62,902 nt of DNA, filler included, from Klebsormidium nitens (GCA_000708835.1; 7 parts of 7 records of this genome joined end to end with filler, not necessarily neighbours in it), one strand, 5' to 3'; shown: positions 12,237-25,632, numbered from the whole stretch's first letter. Notes: generated by a model from the sequence alone, not told the origin. Numbers and translations: made by a program.

Positions 12237-15155
12237 TATGTACGATAGTTTATATCGAAATTTAAAATGAGTAGATTGAGCATATTGAGCTATATACGTA
12301 ATATATTTAACCACCCTTGAGGCGACGGGTGGAAATAACCAATTAAATCTGGGTTTATAGTGGGTGCGTGAGCGCAAGCAGATAGGTAGATTTCAATTTT
12401 CAGGGTTTACTATTTGGGCTGTTTTATTAGCTGGAAGTTCATCGTTCATAAATTCCTAGGCGATTAGTCTTGACGAAGGAGTTTTCTGGAGTCGACCGTG
12501 TCCGATTATCGATATTGCGTGACGCGGCCGTGGTCAGCGCCGATTTGGAAAATCTGCTGATGTCAATGACAAGAAATGAGTCCGGTCGGAATCTGACTCC
12601 TGAGTACTGACTGCCGACGTCAGTCACGCACCGCAAATGCTGGCGCAAGACCGGACGGCGAAGGCGGCGTTTCTCCTAGCAGTACTCCCTTCGCTGTGTC
12701 ATCTCTTTCTGTCCAAACATGGACACCCACAAATTGACACTCAATATTTATATGGCTCCTCGGATCCGGATTCCGGTTCCCAGGCTCGCTGTCATGGTAG
12801 GTACGTCAGAACCAGACTCCGAAGTCAGCACTGCGGAGTCCGGACAGAGCCTGTAGCGTCATAAAATTGCCGGTGCCAGCATTCTACCGGCTTCCTTACA
12901 TCCCTACCGGCTGACTGGGCGGTTTAGACTACCGGGTGACTGTCCAACATGGGCGCCTAGATCTATCTTAGCCGGCTCTCTCAACCGGTGGGTTCCAATA
13001 GACACCGGGGCATCTTTCATTTCAGGCCGGTTTCCTCTAGGAGCAGTGCTCAGTTGGTCGCAAATCATGAAGCTGATGACTCGGTGTCACCGTCTTCTTC
13101 AGATCAGCTGAGCTGGTTGAAAAGAAATGAGAGGCTGACCTTTCTCTTTGCCCCGCAGAAAATGGAGGCGGGGTTGGAGTCTCAGACTCAGAGATCTGGG
13201 CCGCAAAGCTAGGGGGATGCCTCTTTCGCCGGATGGAGAAGGCGAGGATCAAGGAGTGCGCCTCGGTTTATATTTTCTGCTGAGAATATCAGGGGTGCAA
13301 GGACGAAGTCTGGCAAAGGCCTTGGAAACATGTCAGAAGAAGGATCGGACAGTGATTTGGTGGTTGTAGAGAACGATTGGAGGCTGCAGACCAGAGAGGA
13401 GCATGATTGAGTGCTTCTAGAGCTGGATAAGAAGGTTCAGGGGGTTGTACCCATCTAAAACGAAGCAATGCAACCACATAGATGGTGAAGAAATCCGCGG
13501 TGTGCTTGGGGATTGCACCGGCACTGCCAGCTGAGGTACGCTCTGCCCTTGTTGGGCTCAGTTAGATGCAGTTTGGCATCGGTCTTCATCTCGGGGGTTG
13601 CTGTCCTAAAGTCCAGCCGCTGTCTTGCATACCCTGTACCTTTTCATCCGTTGTCTGGTTTGGTTTGACTTTGAAGCGGTTGCCACTTCAAGTACTTTGC
13701 TGAAATGCAGGGCGTTCAGTGGTCTGTTGTGAAACAAACACAGGCAGTGGCATCTTGTATACATCCTTCTCATGTAGCTTTATCCACCGCTTTTGTCAGT
13801 GAGTTCTGACATTTCAATGAAGGTAATCAGGGCGAGAAACCCTTGTCGAAGATAGCCTTTTTTAGTGCATTGTGTTTCTGCTGCCAACCTTTTGGCTTGC
13901 AATGCTTGGTGACCAATCTAACCTGGTGACCATCCAGTTTCAAAGTCACCTCTTTACCGTATGCCAAACTTGTTTGAGAGAACCTCGTCTTGTATTTGGG
14001 GAGTTGCAGGGGTGCATTTGGATGTTGCAAAACTCAAATATGGAGATCGTTGTAGCTTACTGCTTCTGATCTGATGATGGAGTCTTTAAGAAGTGATGAA
14101 GTGATACCATGTATTGTTAGCTGTACCTAGTAGAGGGAAAGGCCAAGCTGCTTCAGATGCGTGTCAACCTTTTGGGAGTGTGGGGATTTGATACCTGTTG
14201 CAACACTGCCGTGCATTACTGATACTGAAGTAGAGAAGCCTTTAATTCACAAGGTTTTGCTACTGTCTTTGCAATGAGAGGGTTGACAGGGTTGACCGGT
14301 TTGCTTGTCCCTGCGTGCTCATGTCGCATCTGATGCAAAGAACGCCCTTGGGAGGCTGTAAGCTGGTGCTCTTTCATTTGTAGTAGGTGCTGTTGCCTGC
14401 CTAAATCTAACTTGCAGGATCCTATGTCTTACCATGTTTCATCAAAAGAAACCATGAAGATTCGTGGGGCATGTAGCAGCTTGCCAAGTCTGTACATGCA
14501 GGACATCAATCTGAACTCCTATTCCTTTCCTGTGCAGGTCGCCTGTACGTTCACAAAAGGTCACTTTAGTCAGCCTGACAGACAAGCACAGAGGCCAGTC
14601 AGACCCTTGGTTAGCCAGGCAACCCCATACGAAACCCTAATTTGTCAACCTACCCATATGGTTACCAACCGCTTAGCTCGTCGCCCTTTGTTGTAGCGTA
14701 GTCTTTGCCCACATTCTTTTGGGACCATACAGTGCTGGCAAAACAGGCGACTTTCAATACAGCGCATAGGAAGGACAGGGACATCAGTCACAGCTTGCTG
14801 AAGCACCCGCCGAGGCTTTGCTCTGTCTGGACAAGTCCCGGGACTCAGCTTTGGTGGAAGTGACCTTACGTGTAGTGGCAAAGCTCGCAGGGTCAGTCTG
14901 TGAAGAGCAACAGGGCTTAAATGCGGCTTGCGCAAGCATACTTTGGCGGAAGCATAATTCTGAGTCAACTTAAGCAAATTCTCAGACAGTCAGCCGCCTT
15001 TTCGCATACACCTTTGCAGTGAACTAGCTAATTGGACCAATGCACTCAATGCACTCAGCTGGCAGGCCATGCCTGGGTTGCAGCCAGTCGCGGTTCCAGC
15101 AGCTCCCACCACTGTGGCTTAGACTCCAAGTCACTGCCTAGCAGAAAGGGTAGAA

Positions 15156-18100
15156 ATGGAGAGCGAGCGCCTTAAGTCATATAGGAGATGGTATAAGGAG
15201 CTAGACGCCAGGAAGGCTGAGCTAGAAGAGGAGGGTTTGGAAGACCCCCGCACGCTGAAGCTCCTGGAAGGGGAGCTGCGCTGCCTAGAGGAACTGATCA
15301 CGCTGGACTCCCAGCTTATGTTGCACCTGCCTGATGCTTGTGGACAGGGAGGCCCTCCCGATGCTGAGAGTCTCGTTTCAAGGTGAGGCTTGCTGCTTCA
15401 TCAGCTCATTCTGGCCATCTTACAGGGGGGGGCTTTTGTCCGAGCATGTGTACTGATAGCTTGGCCTTTGCAAGCATGATTGGCTCTTTTACAGAGCTGG
15501 GACCCTCGGGCACCACCCTCGGGCACCTGCTAGTTGTCTTAGATGAATTGGCTGTACCTTCTTAGGAAGGGAAGGTGAACTCTTAGCGGACACCTGCTTT
15601 TAGTGTCAGGGGAAAAGTTGTAGAAGTTGGTGTTCCAGGGCTGAGGGCCACATGTATTGCAGCCCCCTTGTGCTTGGAAGTTTCGTGAGACTCACTGTGG
15701 GCAGCCAGACAAAATCCTGAACGCAGGTTGCCTGCTTAAAATGCGATTCCTCTATGATGGAGATTGTCCAAGGTTGTCTTTGTCGCTGCTGAAAAGTTTT
15801 TCTGCTTGTCAAAAAGTTCTTACACTTGTTGCAAGTTGATATGGTTGTGCTTTGAATGAAGCATGGTCCTTTCACCGAAGTCTTGCTGAAGTTGGTGTTG
15901 CTCTAACATCCATCTTGCCCTCCCTGTCATTTTGAAGTTTTGTGTTTTTTCAGCTGGAGCCTCGATAAGCCCCGTATTGGTGTCGCGGAGCTCAGTGTGT
16001 AAACCTGGAGGGTCTATCTGCAGTGCCTCATCTCTTGTTGCTCAATAATGCGCTGTAATGTAGAACCTCCTCCTTCGTCCTGGAAAGAGGCTATTCATGG
16101 AAAGAAGTTTCAGCTGTAGCTTTCAGTATCAAAAGGAAGGCATCCTCGCAGCTTTCAGAGCTTCCTTTCGTTGCATTGACTTCACTGAGGCTGCAGTGTC
16201 TTAGCACGCCCCTTTGGTGAGCTTTTTGTGTCTCCTGCTTCTTGCAGTTTTCTCCTGCTATTTTGTTCTTTCTGCTAGGACAAACCTACAGGCACAGTTG
16301 CGCGCCTCTAGCTCTCAACCGAGCCCTGTTCCCCCTCCCACTCAAGTGCATGATTTATCTTTTCTCTCAACCACTTCCCCACTTCTCTTCCCCCCCTTCT
16401 TTACTTCTTGTCCTTCCTTCTCCCAGCGCTGTGCTGAAGCACTTTGAAAGCCTAGGTCCCTCCAACATATCTTTCTTCCTTTGTCTTTCCAGGCTCTTTG
16501 TCTAGGTCAGAAACAGTGTCACTGGAGGGTTGAAGCTCCACTGTATTTGCATACTGTCCAGGGTGTCAGATATGCAGTCCTGAGCCCCTTCCTCTGCCTC
16601 TTCACCCTCAAAGGATACCTGATTGTTGATATGGTTTCTATGTGAAACAAGTCTGTCTTCCTTTAGTATGACAGACGCACCTCCCTTTCTTTTCAAAAGA
16701 TTAGAGGTGATGCAGGTTTCACAGGCACTTGGAATCCCAACGTTTTGTTTTCTGCCCCCAGAAACGTATCCACATGGCCAGGCGACAGCGGCCTCCCCCC
16801 GGTGGAAGGCCTCGACCTCTCTCTAGTTACGGACATGCTCATCCTGAGCGCGACCTCCCCTTGGGTGGTATTTGTCGCGGAGCGCTTCAAGTGGAACACG
16901 GTCTACGTCTCGCCCAGTGCGAAAAGGCTCCTGGGGTGGCGGCAGCAGGAGCTGGTTGGCGTCCCTGTGAGCGACAGGTGTCATCCCGACGACGTGCCGA
17001 CCATGCTCAATGTGAGTGTAGGGACCTCGCAGCTCAAACTGCTCAAAGTTTTTTCATAGTTCTTTCCAATCTCAACCAGCATTGAAACAAATGGTCACCT
17101 TTCCCAATTTCAGTGGCCGTATGAATCGTCTGTGCTATTCTACGCAGTCCACTTTGTGTGGTCCCAAATACCTGCAGCTTGATCTGTCTGTGGCATTGCT
17201 CTTTGGTGTCTGGCCCCTTCCATGAAAATTTTCAAACAGGTCTTCACTTTCTTTGTCACTATCAGTTGAAACGATTGCTGCTTGAGCAGTCTGGTGCAAT
17301 GTTCAGCAGCTGTTAAGTATCACCCCCAGTGGCATTGTCATGCCCTCTTCTTGTAGTTTAGCTGGGCAATTACCGAATCTCGCTTGTCTATGTCAGTCAT
17401 GTTAGGTAGTGCTAACTTTACTTGGTCAAAGTGTGTCCAAGTTTGGATAGTCAAGCCCGCATCCTAAAAACCCTCCTCTAGTAGTTACAGCTTTTGAATG
17501 TAAGAACCTTCTAAGAACCAGCCCCCCTGGACAAGGGGTAACTGCTCAATATCAAGGCTGTGAGACCAAACTCATGTCAACCCAGTTTCCTCTGCGCTGG
17601 CGCACTTTCTCACAATAATCCACTTTCCTCTGTGCTGATGCAGATGTTTAATGCGGGCGCAAACTCTTCCGGTAACAGCCTGTACTACCGGAGGATGCGG
17701 CGCGACCGGAGCTACGTGGCAGTGCAAGGGACGGGGCGCATCCTCGGGCAGCGGTGGTTCGCTTGGATGGAGTTGCTAGTCGCCGAAGCAGAGCCAGCGC
17801 CGCCAAGCGGGGTTGGGGTAAGTATTGGTGGCAAGGTTTCTTATGAGCGTACTTACGTCTGGTTGATTTGGAGGTTGTGATTTTTGAGTGGAAGCCCGAG
17901 TTCGCATGGACGGAGTTACTGGTCGCTGAAGCAGAACCAGCACCGCCAAGCGGCGTTTTGGGGTAAGTTCCTGAGTGAAGTTAGGGCTCGGTTCAGTATT
18001 TCGAAGGTCTCGGTTTTGTTTGTTCTGTGAGTTGCTTTGTTTGCAGACAAGGTTAAGATACTTGTGGTTTATTGTGACGAAAGGTTGCTTCAATGGAGTT

Positions 18101-21100
18101 GCCGGTTGCCGAAGCAGAGCCAGCTCCGCCAAGGGAGCTGGGGTAAGGTTTTGTGCAACGTTTTCCCCGCTTGTTGGAGCTCTTGTTTATATTTGTTTTG
18201 TATGTGCAATGGTTGCAGACGAGGTGGAAATTGTGGCGATTAAGCTAACACTAGTTTGCTTGGCTGGAGATGTCGGTTGCCGAAGCAGAGCCGGCATTGC
18301 CAAGCTGGGCAGGAGTAGAGTTCTGTGCAAAGTTTTGCAGTCTGTTGAAGTTGTCATTCCGGGTAGTGGTGATGCGGTGTGGGCGTGACGGTCTCCTGCG
18401 AACCGCTTGGGTCTCCTGCGAGTCGTAATTGATGTGTCTATGTCTCTTGTCCGTCTGATTCAAAGGCGTCTCGCCAGGTCCAGATTATTGATCTGGCTGG
18501 CCAAGGCTACGTTTACATGGTCAGTTTTCTTTTCAAGCAATTTTGTCCTTCAATCTGAAGGATGAAACCTCTTCTCCTTGGTTTTGCAAGATCGAAGCGT
18601 GCACCCGATCCACCAATCTTGCATTTATTCAAGTTGGTTTTTGTCCTCCTTTCCGTTTTCTTGATTCTGGTCGGACCTTCCAGAATGACTAGTGCACCTC
18701 TGTTCTGGACCTGCTTGAAAAATAGATGAGGTGACACCTATACTAAAGAGCACCCGCCCTCGTTTTTGCAGTCCCCAATGAGGCGTGCCAGCCCCCCCTC
18801 CCCCCCCACGTCAGCACGCTCACGGCTGATGAGGGCCCCCACCCCCCCGGACATGCCAAGCCTGCCGGCCACCGCTTTCTTCCCGGGGGCCGGCAACAGC
18901 TCTTTCGCCTCTTTCCCTGCGGGGGGCAACTCTCTCGCGTCGTCCCGCAACCTCTCCTCCCAGTCAATCAACGAGCTGGTCGCAATGCCGTCCGTCCGGC
19001 ACTCTCTGGGGGGCAGCCCGCCAGCTGCCAGGCAGTCTTCGAGCGCCCCCCTGAACGAAAAGAAAGAGTTGGTTCACTCCATCGGGGGGTCATACGTGGA
19101 GCCGCAAAGGGCGTCCACTGGGGCTCTTCCAGTGGGGCCGCTAGAGATGGTGCGCCGGAAAGGGTCGCGGCCGACGTCTCCCCTCTCGGAGCAGGACTCG
19201 GAAGTGAGGAACTTAGCTGGAAGATTGAATGTTCATCACGTGCTTGTCACTTCCTCCGAGCTGATTCTTTGCACGGCTTTGGGTTGTACATCGACTAAGT
19301 CTTGTATGGCACATCAGAAAAGGAGGCAGTTTCTGTTGAGACGTGGGGTCCACATTGGGCAAGCTTCCGCTCGTCACAAATCTCAATTATTGCATAGCAC
19401 CTGGGCTGCTCGCCTCGCTTGCTCATCTTGCACTTTATGTATTCAGCGACCACATCATCAGAACTGTATTGCAAGGCAGTTTCACAATGTCTGGAAGGTT
19501 CACATTGAGTTTTGGTTCTGTCTCTCGACTCCGCCTTTCTCTTCCGCGACAATCGTTCTTGGCCATAGAGTTTCGAGTAGGGAGGAAGAAACGCGTCTTC
19601 TCTCGTTCCTGCATCCCATTCTCTCTCAAGAGCTTTTGCAACCGTGTCTGATCATGAGAGGCTCGAGTAGGATCTGAACACAATCTTTCTGTCGCCCTTG
19701 CAGCAATCTTTCAACAGCGGCCGTTACAACGGCCAAGACGTCCTGGGCTTCAGCCACAGTACCGGCGCCCTGGGGCTGAGCAGTTCCGCTCTCAACCGAA
19801 CGATCCGCCCGTCCGAGGGACTTCGCTCAGAGACCCTCGTATCTATGGTGCGTCGCCCCCTAGTTTTGAGAGCTCTCTTTTGAAGCTTATCGCAGTGCAG
19901 GCTTTGTCCGAGGTTCTTCTTGCAATTACTTCGTGATTCCTCGGGAGTTCCCTTTTTCTATTGCTCCGCTCATGTTTGCCACTTCTCTTCTTTGCTGCAC
20001 TTTTTGACAGGTGTCCTGGGCTGTGTAGCATGCATGAAAGCCCCTGAGATGATTGCTTGTGCTACAGAGCTGCCTCTAAGGCCTTCTCACCATAGCTCAC
20101 TCCTGCATATTTCGTTACTTAATCGAGCTTTGCTGTGTACCCGGCTCTCCGCTTTTCATACTGTCCTCAGAACTGGCGCACTATTTCTTGACATTTGCGG
20201 GGACGAAGCTTAGGGGATTGCTGTGTTTCTACTGTCAAAACGCCGTTATACCCGGTCGTAAACTTCCTTTCATCTATGCATATCGACCCATTGGACCGGT
20301 CTTACTTTCCTTTCATGTTCCAAAAGCTATTTCTTCGGTTATTGGTTCTGGATGTGCAAATGCTTTGATTACAGTTCTTGAATTCCGGATTTGCAAAAGC
20401 TTTTATCCAGTTCTTGGTTCCGGGTCACTGAAATTGTCTTCCTTCTCTTTCTGCAGAACTCCGCCGAGCGCCTGCGAACCCTTTCTCACCGCAGCTCCCT
20501 CCGGGGGTCCGGCTCGAGCGGAACTCCCAGCAACAGCTCCCCCAGTGTCGAGAACGGCGCCCCCCTTCTCCCGAGCGAAATCAAGTTATTCCCGCGCCAG
20601 GGGGCTCAAAATGAGCCGCACATGAGCCCCCCCTCGCAGCCGCTCTCGCGCAGCGGGAGCGGTTCCAGCGGCGGGGGGAAGTCGTTGCCCCCGGGGACTT
20701 CAAAAGTGGGGCTCGAGTTTGCGTACGGGGCCCTCGTCGGCGAGAAGGAGGGGGAGCGGGAGCTTCTGCGGACGTCCGTGGATTACGAGTCCGTTTTGGA
20801 CGCGTCCGGTTTGGTGGGCACTCCGCTGTACAAGGAGGCGAGCAACGTGGATCTGGGTGAGTAAAGGAAGCCTTAAATTTTGCGAAAACGCCTTTCAAAA
20901 CTTTTAGATCACCTCGCAGGCGTCTTAGACAAGATGGTTCTTGTTTGTACGTTTCCTCGCTTGGAGGTCATGCGTTCTAGGCCATTTAAACCGGACGTAT
21001 GTAGTCAGTTTCCAATTCTGGGTCAACACATATCCAGAATCCAGGGTCAAACTTTCGAGCCTCCAATTTCTACGGCCCCGGTCCACGAGGAATGTAAGAA

Positions 21101-23886
21101 CGTTGCTAGTGAATCTTTACTTCCTTCTTTTTTCGCGCGGTAAGGTTGTTCTCCCGGTTCCGATGTTGAATATCCAATCGCTCCGGAATCTGAGCGGAGG
21201 CCGCTGTTAAACTCGTTGATGAGGCTTCGGTCGTTAAACAAAGTCGCTCCCCTCTCAGCGACAACTGAAGTTGTGGTTTGAGAGAATGTTCAAAACTCGA
21301 CGGAGTATCGTCCTCGGACTTGGCTGATGAACAGGAGTGTTCTCGGCTCCACGACATCCCAAATCCCCCACATCTGAAACTGATACCTTAGAACCTTGAG
21401 GATCTAAACCCCACAAAAGCCTCTCTTTACTTCGAATGTCCATCAAAGCCCCGTTTTCCTGTCGTGCAGATGACCAGGAACGCTGGCGGCTTCAGAATGA
21501 GGAGAGCAACTCCGATATCGGCCTCTCAAACTCGATCCTCGTGCCCGTCTCCGGGGGAGCCTCTCCCAAGCTGCCACCTGTCAGCGGTAAAGTGGCCGGA
21601 GAACCCAATTCCCGATACCGGACCCGACCTGCCCCCCCCCCGCCCGTAGGGCTTATGGCACCCCCCCGACGACTCCGTTTGCGGCGGAAGTTGCGGCCCC
21701 CGTTCCTCGCCCCCCGGGGGGGAAGCCCGAGGGGGAGTTGGACGGGATCCGTGGGGCGCGCGTGCTGCTGGTGGAGGATGATGTCACCAACCGGACGGTT
21801 GGGCAGCGCCTGCTGGAGAGCCTGCACGTGAGTCTTTCGGGAGTTGCTTATATGGTTTGTGAGTTGTGAGTTGCCGTCTGACGGCGGTGCAAGTGACTTT
21901 GGAACTCGAAGCGAGCTTGAATTCTGAGAAGCTCTAGGTCCGGGTCTGGAACTTTTTTGTGGTTTGATTGTCCTTTGCTTGCGAAGCTGGCTTGGATCGC
22001 TTCAGCGGAGTGGAAGACCTGACGATGTGAACCCAACGACTAAGATTGAGAATATGCTTGCCATGTGGTTCTGGTGTTTGACGGATATCGAGAAATAGGA
22101 CGTGTTCGAAAGGTTTGTGTTTAAACCTTGAAAGTGCGGTGTGATTTCGCAGCTTGCAAATATTGACATGGTTGAAACACCGTATGTCTAGTGAACGTGA
22201 GGCACGGAGCAGCTTTTCGGACCTAAAGAGCTTCTCGATTGTTTGTGGTCGCTGAACTCTCACAATCAGAACCCTCTCCCGCTCTCTTTTTCTGTGTGGC
22301 CCAGCTTTCTGTTGTAACTTCGCTTCTGGCCCAAAGGCGATATCGAGGACCTCTCTCTGAACCTTCTTTGATTTGGCTCTGTTCTGGATACGTGGAACTG
22401 TCCGCTTCGATCCCGCACTGAGAGGTGACCATTTCCAGCGGCAAGGAAGCTTTAGTTTGTGAGGCTTACCCTCGAAAAGGACTTCCCCTTTTCAAGTCTA
22501 TGGATGGTCTTGAGTGAGCACATATTTACCGTGCAGCTTAAATCTCGTCCCACGCAGTGCGAGATGACTGTTACGTGCAACGGCAAGGAAGCTTCAAAGC
22601 ATGAGGGCAAGCAGGAAATTCGTTTTTGGCGTGATTCCTGAGAAGAACGGACTATGTGAGGATACACAAATGAAAGTGGATTCTGTGAGGAGCACAATGT
22701 CATGGTTCTGAATCGCTTTGGCTTCCCCCACGCAGTGCGAGGTGACTGTCACGTGCAATGGCAAAGAAGCCCTGGAGGCGATGCGGGGCAACCCGGAGGA
22801 CCCCTTCTCTCTCTCGGAGTTAGGGGAAGACGAGGAGCTGCCCCCGCGGTTTGACCTGGTGTTAATGGACCTGTTAATGCCGGTTATGGACGGGTTACGA
22901 GCGGTGGAAAAGTTCCGGGACGAGGAGCAGGACCAGAAGCCCCGGCGCAAGCGGATGCTCATCTTTGCGCTCACGGGGAACGTTTCGGGTAAGTTTCAGG
23001 GGTTTAGGGTTTCTGAGTACGTGGTCAGCCTTTGCCTTTAAAAGCTTGACCTGTCACAGGTGGCCACGTGGCAAAGCGGAGCCGTAAGAACGTGTTCGTG
23101 TCAATTAGTTCGTTCTGAAGCAGTCTCCTTTCAAATTGGGCCATCCTTGCGTTTGTAAGTGGGGCTGGAGGTCTTTTTGTTAACCACTTCAGCAGTTTGG
23201 TCTGGCGGCAGGAGCAGAGCAGGAGCAGATGTCCCGGCCTCAGAAGGAGCTCTTTCGTGCACTCTCTTTGAACCTCTTGAGTGAGTTTGGGGGATCTGGC
23301 GGGTTTGTCTTTCTGGTGTATAGGGGGGAGCTTGCAGTATAGTGACTGCAGCATGTTGTTACTAACACGGAGTTGAGGTGATGCTGATAACCAAGCTAGT
23401 TCTGATTTAAAACGAAATGCAGACCGTTCTATTCAGTGGCTAGGTAAGAGTGGGCCAACGATGCACGTTACTCAAAAGGGTCACAGTATGTGTTGCGGCA
23501 AACAGGCTTGTTGGATTGCTCTGAAATCTGGCTAATTCATGTTTTGGAATCATTTAAGGGCCGCCGAGAGGTTTGGCCTCGGACTCACATATGAGGACTT
23601 TCTGCAGTCTTCGCAGATGATCAATGTGAGCGAGGAGCTTCACAGTTTCGCAACTCATGTCGCCACAAACGCTGTCTACAAATGCTTTTCGACTTCGGCC
23701 TTTGCCTCAGACTGCTTACCCCTTTGTGCAGATGGCGACATGGTCAAGTGTGCCCAAAGTGGCTTCGACGAGTTTGTCAGCAAACCGCTCACTGTAGAGA
23801 AGCTTCTCCATCGGCTGTACGGCGTTTGCAAAACAACGGATCGATTCCCTGGGTTGCGTACGAGCAACTTCGCGTTGCCTTCTTAG
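15156..23886 (+). CDS. PAS-domain + C-terminal receiver (REC) protein with no histidine kinase core, ~800 aa; exons 15156-15382, 16762-17011, 17644-17817, 18772-19203, 19704-19847, 20457-20856, 21470-21827 (1-nt frame break at the C10 run 21632-21641), 22736-22988, 23732-23886
   Basis: PAS: WNTVYVSPSAKRLLGWRQQELVG...CHPDD...YYRRMRRDRSYVAVQGTGR. REC: ARVLLVEDDVTN...FDLVLMDLLMPVMDG...IFALTGN...GFDEFVSKPL (DD, phospho-D, T and K all conserved). All introns are GT-AG with consistent phases; the linker is Ser/Pro-rich. Confidence 0.8.
17765..18310 (+). repeat. Four tandem diverged copies of the 3' end of exon 3 plus its splice donor (~55 nt each)
   Basis: GAAGCAGA anchor at 17785, 17928, 18111 and 18282. 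Copies 1-3 end in GGGGTAAG. Confidence 0.85.
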
Positions 23887-25438
23887 TAGGTGGATGCATA
23901 GGTCTTCTTTTCTTTCTAGAGGCATGCGTGAGTGGTCTCAGCATGGGTCCAAAGTGGCCGGACATAGCAAAGGGGGTGGGCTGTAGGTGAGAAAGCGACT
24001 GTACAAAGCGTTGCCCGTGATGAGATACTTGAGACGGGGGCATGGAACAGCTAAACGAATGTTGGGCATTAAGTATGAGCCAGCATTTGTTAGTGGTTGA
24101 AAGCGAACCCTGTTTGCGGCTTTGAGTACTAATGCCGGCGTTAGTTACTAGACAACTTGACGTAGGGTCGGTCGTTTAGCAGTTTACTATTAGGAAGTTT
24201 CGCACGAAATGCTTATTGTTTGCATCAGTAACTCCAGTACGCCCTTAAGGCACCTAATGTCCGTTTGGCATTTGTAGAATAAGGGACATCGGAGTATTGC
24301 CTGGCAAAGTCAAAGTAGCACATGTTTCAAGGTTTCGTGGACGATCAGTATCTAATAGATTTGCGTTGAAAACACAGAGGTTGTTGGCCATTGCTCGATT
24401 TCGGATCTGCAATCAATCAATCACTAAGTTGCATTGCTTGCACTTGGTGTATGTAAGTCTGGCCGCCTTGTCATTTCGAGCTTGTATTGCCCGTCAGTTT
24501 GTGTCGAGATTGTCCAACAGATTACTTGGATCGTCGGGCTGTAAACTCGCATGCAAGACCAGGAAATCGTTGAGTATCGCATGAACCACACTAAATTTTA
24601 CCTTTGTCACGACATGCGCGAGCAGGCCCTTTTCGCAACCGTACGTGATTCAATGCACTAGCTCCGGCTACTACATGGAATCGATGCGAATCGGCTTACA
24701 TGAAACATCATGACTATAAGAGTCACGTACAGTGACACTCTTGAGTCCTAGCGCTCAGCTGCTGCCGTGACGCGGGCGCGCCTAGCTCGATCATGCATCG
24801 CTTGCCTCACTGAGTAAAGTGCTTACTAAGTATCCTCTAGTACCGGCCGGTCACGAGACCTGCCGCGCGCCATGAGCGACGTTCCCCCGACGGTCACGGA
24901 GCTAGTTATTGAATATACAAAGCATGCGAGTACGACTCCAATCAATCAGCACATAAGTTAGTATACCGTATACTAATATATATGTAGTACAAGTGACTCA
25001 CTGCCAGAGTAGTGACAGTATGTCCAATTATTGATGATTGATTGAGCCCCCGCGCGCCTGGCCTATACCGTCTATAAGATTCAATGCAATGCCTGGCAGG
25101 TCACTTAAGTTTAAGTTTCGCCGTATACTACTAAAGCGGCCAAACTTGAAATTGCATATATATAGGCTTTTTGATCGATATCATTGGCGTACATTTAACA
25201 TATCACAATGTGCCGGGTTTGATGACGTCTCTTTGATGGTCTCTTTTCAAATACCTACGCCGCAACCAAATATAGGCCATAGGCTTCTCATGGCACACAA
25301 ATGTTTTGAAGTTCGTGAAAGTACATGCCAGCTAGCGGGCCCAGGATCAACACACTTCCCTATCAACCTACCGGGCAAAGCCTCAGGGGCCCGCACCGAA
25401 CGGCCAGCCAGCAACTCTGCGCAAGAAAGGTTTTGACT

Positions 25439-25632
25439 CTGGCGCCAGCCAGGGGAAAATTCGCCGGAAAATCCTGGCGGCCGGCCAGGGAGGACCGTAA
25501 GCGGGCAAGCAGCCCGCCAGGATTTGACGTTTTTACCGGAATTTTGAATTTTCCAGCCAGAAAAACCACTTTTTTACCGGAAAATTTTCAAAACCAGCCA
25601 GGATTTACCGGAAAAATCCTGGCTGGCGCCAG
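25439..25632. mobile_element. Small TIR element / MITE (194 bp)
   Basis: 15-bp perfect inverted repeat CTGGCGCCAGCCAGG (25439-25453 / 25618-25632) with internal CCGGAAAA and CCAGGATTT subrepeats. No clear TSD. Confidence 0.5.

Noticed and set aside
17765-18310. Repeat-spacer pattern as a CRISPR array
   Set aside because: The repeats are diverged exon/donor copies, the spacers are ~90-130 nt, there are no cas genes, and the DNA is eukaryotic.
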